Below, one piece after another: positions 38,482 through 50,090 of a stretch of 64,000 bases of DNA (the first letter of the stretch is position 1; each line of letters begins with the position of its first letter). The translations under genes were made by a program, and so were the position numbers. The stretch comes from Raillietiella orientalis (taxonomy: Eukaryota): contig JAYWIR010000019.1 in the NCBI GenBank assembly GCA_036172245.1, positions 62,001 to 126,000 of the forward strand, in the 5' to 3' direction. The notes beneath the pieces were generated by a model, which did not search any database, was not told the origin of the DNA, and saw only the letters and a program-made list of their open reading frames with translations.

Positions 38482-41166
38482 ATTTGGTGGTCTATCTGGA
38501 TATTAGCTGTATGAGTCCTGATTCGAAAACAAAGTTCCGTGAAAACCGATGTAGCCTTACATAGTTTGCTTAATGCCATGAACTTTGCGCAGGTTCCACT
38601 GCCCAGCAGCATTTGAGCCCTTGCAGAATGCTGTTGAAGGGTTGCCATTTCGTGTTATCGCCTCCAGGATTTTTCATAGGAAAATGTAATACGGGTGTGT
38701 TACAGCAGCCAGGAGAATTCATCAATCAAGCGTGATACTGTCTCTGAAAAGAGAAGATACAGATGTATACTGTGCATGTACGTGCATCTAACAACGATTG
38801 CATGCACATTTGCCTTGTGATTGCAATGTATTTAAATGTATGCTGAAAAAGCGACGATCGAGATTGGTTACTCATTCATTATTCTTCGAATTGAAGACAG
38901 TGGAAGCAAAGAAAGCAGTTTCATAGGAATCCGGTTTCTTAACGTATCCTGTCATCTCCAGCCGAGATATTGTATTACAAAAACGATTTCACGTTGGAAA
39001 TTTTTGACTTGTTGAACAATTTTCAGACAAGATATTTCTGAGCAAACTGAAAAGGCAGCTAAAGTTCGGGGATGTCCTAATTGATAAAAACAAAAATGCT
39101 GCAGCAGGTAAGTAGCAGCAATATTTGCCACAGATTGCAGCAACAGTCTATCTAATGTTATCACACTGTCAGCTAATCAGATCCCGAAAACAAAACTAAT
39201 TTCATGCTATGCAAAGGATTCTTTTTTAAAGAGGTAATCTATTTGTCTGCCATGATGATATCCTTATTCAGTCATCACCACATCTAAAACTGTTTTTCAT
39301 AAACTGGACTTAAGGCTACCTTAATCCTTAAGTACCATTAGAAGATAAATGAACAACAGTTTATTCTACGTTTTCGAGAACAATTCTCCAGGAGATTAAA
39401 ACCCAAAAAAGATCCCCAAAAAGTTGAATAAAAAATCACATTTTCTTAAGTTCAGTGAAAATTTTCGAACGTGCTCATCCTGGCTCATAAAAGATCTTCC
39501 ACGGATAATTTTTTCCATTATTCCTGGAAGATCGCGCGAGAAAGCAACGTATTCGTATTGCAATTCCTGTGTATTTTTGAGTCCAACATGTGCAAAATTT
39601 TGATGCCAATGAAGTCTGGATTTTATTTCTCAGAACTTGAAAATTGTGCATTGTGATTACTCCAAGTTGATGAATGCTTACTAAGTGCGAGCAGTTTGGG
39701 CGCTCAAATGATTTCTTCTTCTTCTCTTCCCGTCTGAAACTACCAATTTCTGTGGATCATAGAGATAATTTCCAATTCTTTCTCCAAGTTCAAATGGCAT
39801 CCATGGTATAAATGTAAAAGGTCACCCTCAAGCAATTAATGTTTTGCATCAGATATTAAATTCGGACGCCTAGAACTGGCTGCAGTTTATTTAATATCCT
39901 GAAGCAAAACCTGAAGGATTCGAATGCACAGACTGAAAAAGGAAATGCAGTGCTGAACAGAATCGTCCCCGTCAATGGAATCTGCTGATTCATACGTGCT
40001 GCCATGCTCCGAGACAGTTGCAGCAGCCACATGTCTGTTTTGCTTGACCATGGCATCAACAGTTTTAGGATTGTTTTGGATGTTCGAAGAATCAGCAGAG
40101 TCTTCTTACCTATCTGACCAAGTCGTCTATTCCTCGAGCCGTTTATCCGATGACTAATTTTCGGAAATCGCATCCTCTCTAGCTTATTCCTATGCACTGT
40201 GCTGAGCTTACCTTAGCGTCCGAAGAGCGCATTACCATTCGTTCCATCTTTGCAGGACCCGACAGAGGAGACGTATTTTGCTCTCGGATACAGAGATCTA
40301 TATTAAAGTTACGACTTCTAAACAGGTGGAAAATGACAGCAAGAAAAGTGAAAAGGTGTTCTCTGCCTGCCTGCTTACGCGAGATATTTTAACTCCCACA
40401 TTTATCTTCCGTTTCTCCTCCTCCTACTTTTGATCACTTCCTTTGATACATTTGTTTTTGACTTCCAAATTTCAATAAATCTGGACCTTAATCACCACCG
40501 ATTCTCACTTATGCCAGCTCTGCTGAATTTATTACTACAAACACGCCACCTTGCACGACTATTCGGCACCTGCTTGTAGCTGGCACTCCGAACAGAATAC
40601 CAGCACCCTGTCCCCATTCTATCGTTTACAAAATATAGAGCTTTTCTTTAAAAACAGTTAGCGAGTTCCGACGTGCTTCCTCACAGAGGCATGAAATATC
40701 ACGGGACTGGGATTTTCTGAATTGAAAGGCACAAAGTCCCGAAAAATGGAAGAGTTTCCGGAGACATTGTGTAAATGTTCTGCACTCTGAAAGTCTCCTC
40801 GGATGCGATTTCCTCTTCCTAAATATCCTCAACCATCAAAATGTTATCGTAATGATTATATGATATTATGATTATGTAATTAATCGTTATGTTGCATTCC
40901 GACGATGGTGATCGTGAGGCATCGCTCAAGGATAGCGAAGAGAGTTTGCCTACTGCAGTGCAGCGGACTCCTATAATACGCGGACTCGTATAAGGCGGTA
41001 TATCGACCCTAACGAGTCTTTCACCCTCAACGACCCAGCATATTTCCTAACGTCACTGACCAGTGGTGCCCGACAGACGCATTGCTCTAAAGTATATTGA
41101 AGTGAAGTAAATGGTGTGAAAAAAAAAATCACTGTTACCATGTTAGACAAGTCATGGATACTACGA

Positions 41167-42130
41167 TTATTTATTGAGGAAGACACTTGACACAAATTCT
41201 TTTTTTTTTTTTAGTGCTGGTGTATCTCTTGACTTTCCAAGTGTCCTGGTGTTTTTATCGTCAAAGCTTGGAAAACGTAGAACAGACGCAAATCGATTTC
41301 TCCCCATAGTCGGCAATATCGGATCCCAATACTCTCTAAAATCTCCGTTGCGCTGTTTGTCAACACCAGTGGTCAATAGTAGACCCCAAGCTGTGGTCGC
41401 ATCTTCTTGCTGAAGAGATTTACATCATTATCAAACACTATTTGGGTACATTATTTGAGGAACAGCTTATTGAGACACCTAAAGTATTTATCAAAATTGA
41501 GAAACGTGCAGTTCCTTTTTTGGATCTTTCTGGCTCCCTTAATCTCTTTCATAATTATCCCGGGAATTCGATGTCCGATTTCTTTCAACAGTTGGCTTGT
41601 GCTTTGAGAAAATTTAATCCACCATTACGTTACTATTGCACAAGTTCCAGCACTGGAGATATTGTGTTCTTAGATTTCTCTATGCTACTATGTCACAAAT
41701 CTTCCCTGCTGAATAAGCCCTCCCTCTCAACCCTAAGAAGAGGTATCCTTTGTAACTCTCTTTCAGCTTCGGAATCGGTGAGTTTTACAAGAAGTTCCGG
41801 TCGAAAAATAAATGGGAACTGTGAATAGGATCTTGAATTCCTTTCTCTGGTGGGACAACAGCCTCAAGAACTCCGTCCCTGATTCTGTCATGCCGCGGAG
41901 CTCTTCTCATATTTTCCGGTGCTGCTGCTTCCACTTGGCTCCATCTTCTCCCACATATTCTTCGTCAATGGGATGATTATAATTGTTTTCTCGTCCCTCT
42001 TCATTTGCGTTTTCGTCACCGCTGTGTAATTGCTCATCGCCGACTTCAGATGCCATTTCTGCGAAGTTACTTTCACTATCAGAGGCACTCGCCGTCCGTA
42101 ATGAAATCCTCGCGTTTGCATATGTCAGTA
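41167..42130 (-). mobile_element. piggyBac-like transposase relic (N-terminal half, degraded)
   Basis: 'TMGRNRFASVLRFPSFDDKNTR' (in ORF 41167-41376) matches the piggyBac MSRNRFxxIxRFLRFDD motif. An upstream acidic tract ending 'YVGEDGAKWK' (in ORF 41907-42185) is typical of piggyBac N-termini. Stops and frameshifts between them; terminal inverted repeats not identified. Confidence 0.7.
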
Positions 42131-45100
42131 AATATTGATGGAACAAACAAAAACAGTGACGGTACGCAAACTTCACATTATTCACTTGCAGATTCTAACA
42201 GCCTCGAACGTGCGAATTTGTATTATATCAAACAGTGTCCAATGGACACATCTGAATTGTGATGATGTTGTATCTTTGGTAGGTCGTTAAAACAGAGAAA
42301 GCAACGCTTTTTTGAAAAAAATTTTGTTGAGATGATTTTCAAAATGAAACAAAGAGTATAAATTAGACAAAGTAATTTCCCAATCCAGTAGACACTGTCG
42401 ATTTTGTATGTGAGTCAATTTGAAGACGTGTCCATCGGAGACTACCAGGACGTTCCGGATTAAATGATTTTCAGTTTTCAGGTACAGCATTGCTTCAGCT
42501 GCTTCCAGCTGAAGACCACGAGCATGTGATTCAATTTAATTCCATCGCATTCGAACTTTCCTGGATCGACCAGAGCAGGAAAGATACATTTACCGACGAC
42601 CAAGTTCGGTGTACACAACATTCCTGCTCTGAAAAATACGCTTCAGGATCGGCTGGATCTGCAAGCTGGGAAAAGGATCTAAACAGTGGAGCTCCACGTC
42701 CCTTCACAGGCGCGTAGAGCATCCCAGTTGAAAGCCGGCGGCCTGTTTGGAGGATGCCTTAGCTGTAAATGGTACTTGCAGAATCATGGTGCCGGAGCAC
42801 TCACCTCGAATTTCATTTCGTTTGCAGCAACAGGTGGTTCCTTGCAAATGGAGTCTGCTGCAAGTGAGTTTTCTTTTTAACTTGTTCGTGGCTCAGCTGG
42901 ATGCAAGAATGGCGATTCGAGGGTGTCAAAAAAGACTACCAGTGTTCCCTTTCACGAGAGGGAGAGAGAGAAAAAAAGTGCAAAACAAATTCATTTTGGT
43001 AAAAGACTTGAATTTATCTGGAGACGTTCGTTAAATTGATTCCAGCCGGAACTTATTTACAAATCACCACGAGCACATCATGCCAATAATTCAGAAAGCT
43101 CGTATCCTGCTTTTGTTTATAAGTGTATGCATAAGAGGGATATTCCTTCTAACAAGATTCCGAAAGCCTGCCTGATTCTGACTGAAATTATGCAGATGTT
43201 AGGCAGCTGAGTGAGCCGATGAGCAAAGGAAGTGACTGAAGTCCATACACACTTTACTTCCTCCTCGTCAGCAATTCAAAGAACCTAACAAATACTACAT
43301 TTAAGAACCCCCTTCACTTTGGCGCCCTATGAAATCGACCCTACGTAACACATTTTTCTGAATCAGCCTCCGTTGGCGCAGAACTGTTGAAATTTATCAG
43401 CAGGAAGTAGCCGAAAAGGAAATACGACGACTTAGATTCTAATCAGTGATAGCGGTGGATACGCGTGTGTGCACTTGCCTTCACTCACGAATCCCAGCAG
43501 TGGAACAAACGCTGTTCCACTTTTCTGGGCCCAGTCAGTAGACTTCTGTGGCTTCAGTGAAATCGAAACTAAGAACTTACTATGGCCAGATAATTTCAGT
43601 GACCCATCCCTGAGTCTGTCAAAGTTTAGCGCTCCTGAAAGTGGCGGAATAAGAGTGATGCTGAGTACAAAAGAAGCAGCTAGCTACTATTCCAAGAAAG
43701 ATTTCGGTTGGACTTTCTCTTCCTGGATGAGCACTGAAAGGAGCTCCGAAACACGCGGACCTGCATCGGAGTTCAGATGCTTCTGTATGCTATTCAGGAG
43801 CAGAATTTTCACGCATGGATACCCCTATATAATTAGCAAGCCGACTAGTGGATCCTAATTTAAGAAGAATTCATTTCTTGTTGTTGAAAATAACCGCAAA
43901 AAAAAAAAAACGGATGCATTTGATCTCGGTTAGGAGACTAAGATCGAATTATGTTGCTTGGACATAATAGACTTGTCAAAATGAGAAATGTCGATAGACA
44001 TGTGAAGCAACCCAAAGCCAGGAACAAGATAATCTTTGTCCCTCCCTTTGCTAATGTAAGGATGAAAATCTTATTTTTTGAGATAAAGAAAATACTCATA
44101 CGAAATAAAAATCAAGATGAATTCTTACTACTTTCATACGTTTTCAATAAAATCATTTCTGAACCATCTTCAATGACAGTTACCAAGAGCCTGGATGTAG
44201 TTCTAGCGATTCAGATGTGACGATCCATATTGTACTCACACTGCGAACAACAAGTCAAAATCATTAGTTTGTTTTACATAAGAAGTGCAGATTTTTGCTG
44301 TAGAAATTCATTAAGTATTTTTTTTTTTCATTTGTATTCTTGAACTACAATTTCTTAACTTCTATGTATATCGTATGAGTCACTGTCCTAGGTGGTTACT
44401 GATGTCACAGAGCATCTTAAAATATTGAAATATTTATTTTTTGATTCCTAAGAAATAAACCAAAAATAACATATCTGCATATGTAGCTTCTGAGACTCTT
44501 GATTTAGATCGAAGTATGCATGAATCAGGCAGCCAGGAATTCTTCTTCTTTTTGAATACTTTTGCTTCCTAATTGAAAGGAATAGCTGTATGTGCAATTT
44601 TTGTAATTCATCATAAGTAACTCGCTCTTCCAGCACAAAGTGTAAATGGATTTTTCGTCCTAGCTCTAAACTTTACTAGTAACAAAAACAAGAAGTACAC
44701 CCAGAGAGAGGCAACAGAAATATATATGTTACGGAAAGGTACTGGGATTTGATCGCCATTCATTCCAATGCTGTTCTTTAAATTCATCTTTGAACTGGCG
44801 AAACAGATCAGTCATGGATCAGCATCCACAAATCAGTATTAGATAGATCAGCACTAGATGCTATGGTTCGCTTGATTGTTAGTTTGTAGGGAAGGTTGGC
44901 TTGTATGATTTTTTGCATGGAGTTGGTCTGAATGCATATTTCGAGTCTGAGTGCCACATGATTCGAGGAAAGGTTGGTGGATTCGAAATCTGAAACCGGG
45001 GTTGAAATCCATCTTTCCAGGCTGCTCGAGCATCGAGCTACCATTTTGCATGTCGGTGTGTATGTCGCCGAATTCCTTTAACGAGCCTCGGGGAAGCAAC

Positions 45101-45484
45101 CGAGATTCACGATCACCTGGACGCCTATTTCTGTGTCCCATGGAAACTCCCTACGCGTACAGGGGAATTGGTTTCTCGGAAGGCCTCCGGATGCCCTGGG
45201 AATCCTTCCCAGGAAAGCGGCGTGGGTGGCAGCTGTGCGTGTTGGGGGCTGGCGGAGCGGCTGGTAGGAAGCATGGAGAAGACTCCCAGAAAGGCATTTT
45301 TCTCCCCGTTCCTCGTCAAGTTTTTCCACTCCGCCGGCAATCCATAAAGCTCTGATTGACCCGGCTTCCGAGAGGTCGCTTGGGCGTTTCATGAAAAGTG
45401 CTCCGGTTGCAATTTACCACAAGACTTTGCAAGGTGTTTTGTCTTCGGAGAAGAATTCCCGGAATCTCCGCTCCAAGTAGAAAC

Positions 45485-45859
45485 ATGAAGCTTCTAACGC
45501 ATAACTTGCTTACCTCCAAGTGTATCAAAGGTGTTGTGACAGGATTCCCCCTGAAGATTTTGGCCCAAAGTGTGAAAATCCTGGACGTCGACTTCAACTC
45601 CAATTTCATAGTCAGTGTTCTCCCCAAGATTGATTGGAGTGTGTTGCGTGGCGCTGCCGAGAGCATAGGACATGATGATAATCTTCCAAACGAAGTTCCA
45701 TCCAATCCTGAAAGCAATGAAGAATTCCTGAAGAAAGTACATCATGTGTTGCTAGAAATCGAAGTGGTCGATGGGGAATTGATTTGCCCAGAGACAGGGA
45801 GAAAATTCCCTATTAATAATGGGATTCCGAATATGTTGCTGAATGAAGATGAAGTGTAG
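45485..45859 (+). CDS. TRMT112: TRM112-like methyltransferase activator, 124 aa, intronless CDS
   Basis: MKLLTHNLLTS...GFPLKI...LKKVHHVLLEIEVVDGELICPETGRKFPINNGIPNMLLNEDEV. The true ATG is at 45485, inside the track ORF 45398-45859. Confidence 0.97.
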   Translation: MKLLTHNLLTSKCIKGVVTGFPLKILAQSVKILDVDFNSNFIVSVLPKIDWSVLRGAAESIGHDDNLPNEVPSNPESNEEFLKKVHHVLLEIEVVDGELICPETGRKFPINNGIPNMLLNEDEV

Positions 45860-48099
45860 TAAAACGACTGCATTGCTCAATCTGTTCAGTGGGCAGTATG
45901 TGTGCCAACCACTCTTTGTTTTCTGGAAACAAGTGAACCTGCAAAGTTTGTTTGCGGTGTGCATGAAGGTCCGCGTTTATATTGGGGACTGAATAATAAT
46001 TTGTAAAGTGCCATCAGAATGGAAGTAATTATTTTTAGAAATGGGATTCTTCGTGTATATGCTTCATCAATGGTTTTCTTATGTACTTCAAATCTTACAT
46101 TGGAAATTTAGAGATGCAAAGCACAGGTAGCATAGATGGGGGTGTTGGTTGCTGCTAATAGGCGTGAATGAAAGTTGAAAGTTGCTGCAGACCAGACAAA
46201 GATTGCCACATTTATGAAGCTAGCCCTCAGGATATGGTTCCATTATTTTACAGTGTGTTTACTCTCATTGTAACTAAGCTTTATTCATATTATGGAGAAA
46301 AATTTCATATTATTAAGCAGTGCAATTATTTCAACACTAGTGAATTTTCAAGCATAAATTTTGGGGTCAGCATACCAAGCTACAATTTTTAATCAGTTCA
46401 TGGAAACAATCATGAAAAAGAAACACATGCCAATTATCAGATTGCTTGTTGCTCTCCACAATAAGGTGATTGTGAATATTGCATGCATAGCATCTTGAGT
46501 TGATAATGTCCTGGAGTCCTGCATCCTATTTGATTAATTTTCCTTAGGCTTCAGGAAAATTAATCAAAAAAAAATTGGTCATTACATATGATGATTCACA
46601 AGTGTCAGATAAATTACCGCAATTTACAAAGTTAAAATAAAATACAATGCAAACACTGCATTTAACCAAAGAAACATTTGTGAAAAAACCGAAAGGCTTA
46701 GTTTGACTTGTTTGGCATTGGGATTTTGTATATGCATGGTGTATGGGAAAAAAAAACAAAGAAGGTGTCACAAATGCAGGGTGAATCTGCATGCACTTAA
46801 GTCATAAATGCTGGGTTACATGTAGAACTGCATGATCTCTTCAATGAGCACAAAGATTGCACAGCAATCAAAGAAAGTTGAAGATCCTGTAACAGTTACA
46901 TAAACAGAAGAATTATAAATGAGGTACTGAAGATGTAATTCACAACAAAAGCAACTCTTGTTAAAGATATGAATCAATTTTCTTAGTAAACTGCGTTTTC
47001 TTAAGCTAAGTATAGAATGGAAAAAATGCTCTGTTGAGGAACTCTGACAGCTGCAGTATTGTGCTCGTGTCTGCAAAAGTTAGAAAGTTTGAAGGGCCTT
47101 GTGTCTGGGAAATGTTTCACAAATGATTGTGATGAACGGAAACTAAATGAATTCCATTTTTTTGAGATTAACTATTACAGTGGAATGCCAATCCAGTCGT
47201 GATCAACCATTTTGTGTGTGTGTGTTCCATTATACAAAGAGTAACCATCTATGAAGTTTGATTAACCTTTGCCCATTCCCATTTTGATTGCACTGATTTC
47301 ATGATGCATTAATTGGTAGCAACCTTTCCATCTCCAATGCAAACAATTCTCACACATCACTGTGTACATTTTTGGTTACCCTTTTTTAAAAAAGGCTTCA
47401 TTGTAGTTGTGTGTGGCAAACTTGAAACTCTTTAGGGAAAGCAAGTCACTAAAACGGTACATTCTGCAAAGAATTGAGATGAAGATTCATTCTGGTATAT
47501 GAGTTCCTGTAATTTTTTGCTCGTACCCAATAAAACTGGTATGAATGAGGGGATAAGGAGAGGAGTAAATGGAGAAAGAATGGAGCTTTGCGTGTAGCAT
47601 TGTGAGGAAACGAGAAAGCTGCGAAAGAAACAGAATGAAAGGTTGAGTTTTATTTAATAAAACTTTAGCAGAGACGGCTGCCATAGCAAGGGTTAGGCGG
47701 TGACCCACGCAGCAGCCGAGAAAGCCTTTGACCCTACGAGCTGGGTGCGCTGCAGCTTAAGAAAATGCTGGAGGTCGACGTCAGTCGTGAAAAAAGTGGG
47801 CGGAGGAATTTCGGAGTCCAAGGATGCATCGGTAGTGGAAGGAATGCAGCATCTTTTCATATATTCCCCGTCCAGAAAGATTCGCAGATTGTTTCCATTC
47901 GGAAAGCGCATCGAAAAGCCCGATGGATTCCGAGATCAAGCAGGATGAATTCAAGTGGGGTGTTTGAACGTGGGCCGGGAGGCACGTTCCGCAAAGTACG
48001 CACGTTCGCCGGATGGCTCCCAGCGTGCCGAAATTAATTAACCGCAGAGGGCTTCATGGGCGCGCGACACGGGCAGATGGCACCCGACTACCGTGGTAA

Positions 48100-50090
48100 A
48101 CGGGGATGCCAAGCTGCGGGCTGAAGGAACGGGTGGCGGAATACCTGATGAGTCCGGAACAGATGCACGCTGTTCCTGGACAGGTCGTGGGAGCTGATCT
48201 CTTTCTAGCAGGTTGGTGTGTGGTTCGAGTCAGCGGATCGCGTCGACCGGCCACGGGAATTTTGGATTCCTCGTTGGTCAGGCGGGAGTCCCTGGCGGTC
48301 GCGGTCGACTCGCGCAAGGCATTGGGTGGCAAGCTCCTGGGTCGCGGTCGAGCTTCCTTTGGGGCTGCTCGAATGCATGGGGCTGCCCGCCTGCCCTTGG
48401 CCTATCAGCACTCCAGCTGTCGTCAACGTCTGTTCTAGCGGCGAACACGTGTTCTCCCACCCGGTCGCGCCGGAAAGTTTATTGTAAGGAACACGCGAGT
48501 TACAGCGAAACTTCCGAAGACGAGACAGCAGACCTTCCCCCTGTAGCTGGATCGCAATCCCACTACTTCGGCAAGTCGGGGAGGAAAAACTACTGCCCGC
48601 AGAAGCAGTCTGCCGGCAGAAGTCCATCCAGCAAAAACGAAGGGAGGGAAGTAAACACAATAAATGTATGAATAGCAAAGAATACGAAAGTTTTAAGAAA
48701 GTTCAACGTCCCTGGCGTGCTCAGCATCTTTTCCAGGATGACGGCAAGTTCCTCCTTGAGATGTGCCATTTCATCAGCTCTCCAGCTGGTGATTCCACAG
48801 AGCCATCTCCATCAGCACAACTCTCAGGAGAGAGAAGATACGATAGGGACGGCGTCGCTGCCCGCACGGCCTCTTTTGCTGCAGCTGCTCTCCAGAATTC
48901 CACAGAGCTGCGATCGATGCCGTAGGCGACATTGCGCCTCACTTGAAGAGGCACCAATCGTCCCCTGGGAATGGCAGGGCTATCGAAAAACGTTCACACG
49001 CACACTCCGGAGGGCAACAAACTCGAATGAGGGAAGGCTTCCCTTTCACCTCACAGTCTGGAGTCACACTTCCCCTCGTCCGGTGGTAAAGGCGTGCCTC
49101 GTCCACACCCACCCCGAGATGGTCCCGATGCGAGTATCAGCCTCGGAAGATGGTTGCCTTGGCCTGGCCTCCAGGATCTCCTGCTCCCCCACGAACTGTA
49201 GTGCCTGGAAATGGGAAACAGTTCAGACGCGGGCGAAGATGAACGGCACGAGCTTTGAAGAAGCACAACGTCTGCGGTTTTCCCATGTGCGCTTGGAGCT
49301 TATTGCAAGACATAATCGAATGCCGCAGGGAAACCTCGTGGGCTCAAGGAAGTCGTAAAGATGGGCGGCGACCTGTGATTTTCTCAGGAAAAAAGAAGAA
49401 GTTGGGATGATGCACGGCACGTCAACTGGTTAACGCTTTCGCATCTGCTGCCCTCCCCAAAGGACTTGTCCGCCAGGTCAATCTGCTAGGAATCCTTCTG
49501 GAAGAAGCAGAGATCTCCGCGTTGCTTACGATCATCTGAGTGCTTCTCCTAGGGCAGTGGCAGGGCTCGGCTTTGCCAGTGTCGCGTTGGGCACCCTCTT
49601 GGAACGCTCGCCGATACCGCTGCACGCGAGCGTTCCAAGAGTGTGCTAGGTGCGGTAAGGTCGGATCCTTCCTGCACCTGTTACTGGAGTGTGCTGTCCT
49701 CCAGAGTGTTCGAGAACGCTTGTACACGGCCTTCCAACTCCCGCGGAGCAATCAGAATGAGACTTTGAAGCGCCTCTTCAAGCTCAGCTGCAGCGGCACC
49801 TGCCAAAGCAATCGCAACGCTCAGCAGTCTCCGCGGAACAGCAGCCGGAAGGAACCGCCCCGAAAAGGGGACAGACCAACAGGGAGATGATCTTGATCGT
49901 GTCATCGTTCGTCAGGATCGCGAGAAGATGACCCCATCTCTGATGGGGGTGGGAACTCGCCAGCATCCTTGACAGCATGCAGAGAACTCCAAGGAGTCTA
50001 CTGCAATGGTTTCTTGGGCCCACCCTCTTGAAAGGACAGCTTTTTTTATTTTGCTTTTTTTTTTTATAGTTTTCATGTTTCTTTTTTTCT
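48100..50090 (+). mobile_element. Highly decayed L1/Tx1-like LINE relic, related to the 576-1960 copy
   Basis: zf-RVT relic 'ECARCGKVGSFLHLLLECAVL...ETLKRLF' (49540-49890) parallels 'NCVRFGERESLPHLLLDCVAL...DVLKRLF' of the first copy. Similar C-terminal 'ELASILDSM' versus 'KLADILVRM', then a T-rich tail at 50040-50090. 5' boundary is approximate. Confidence 0.65.
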
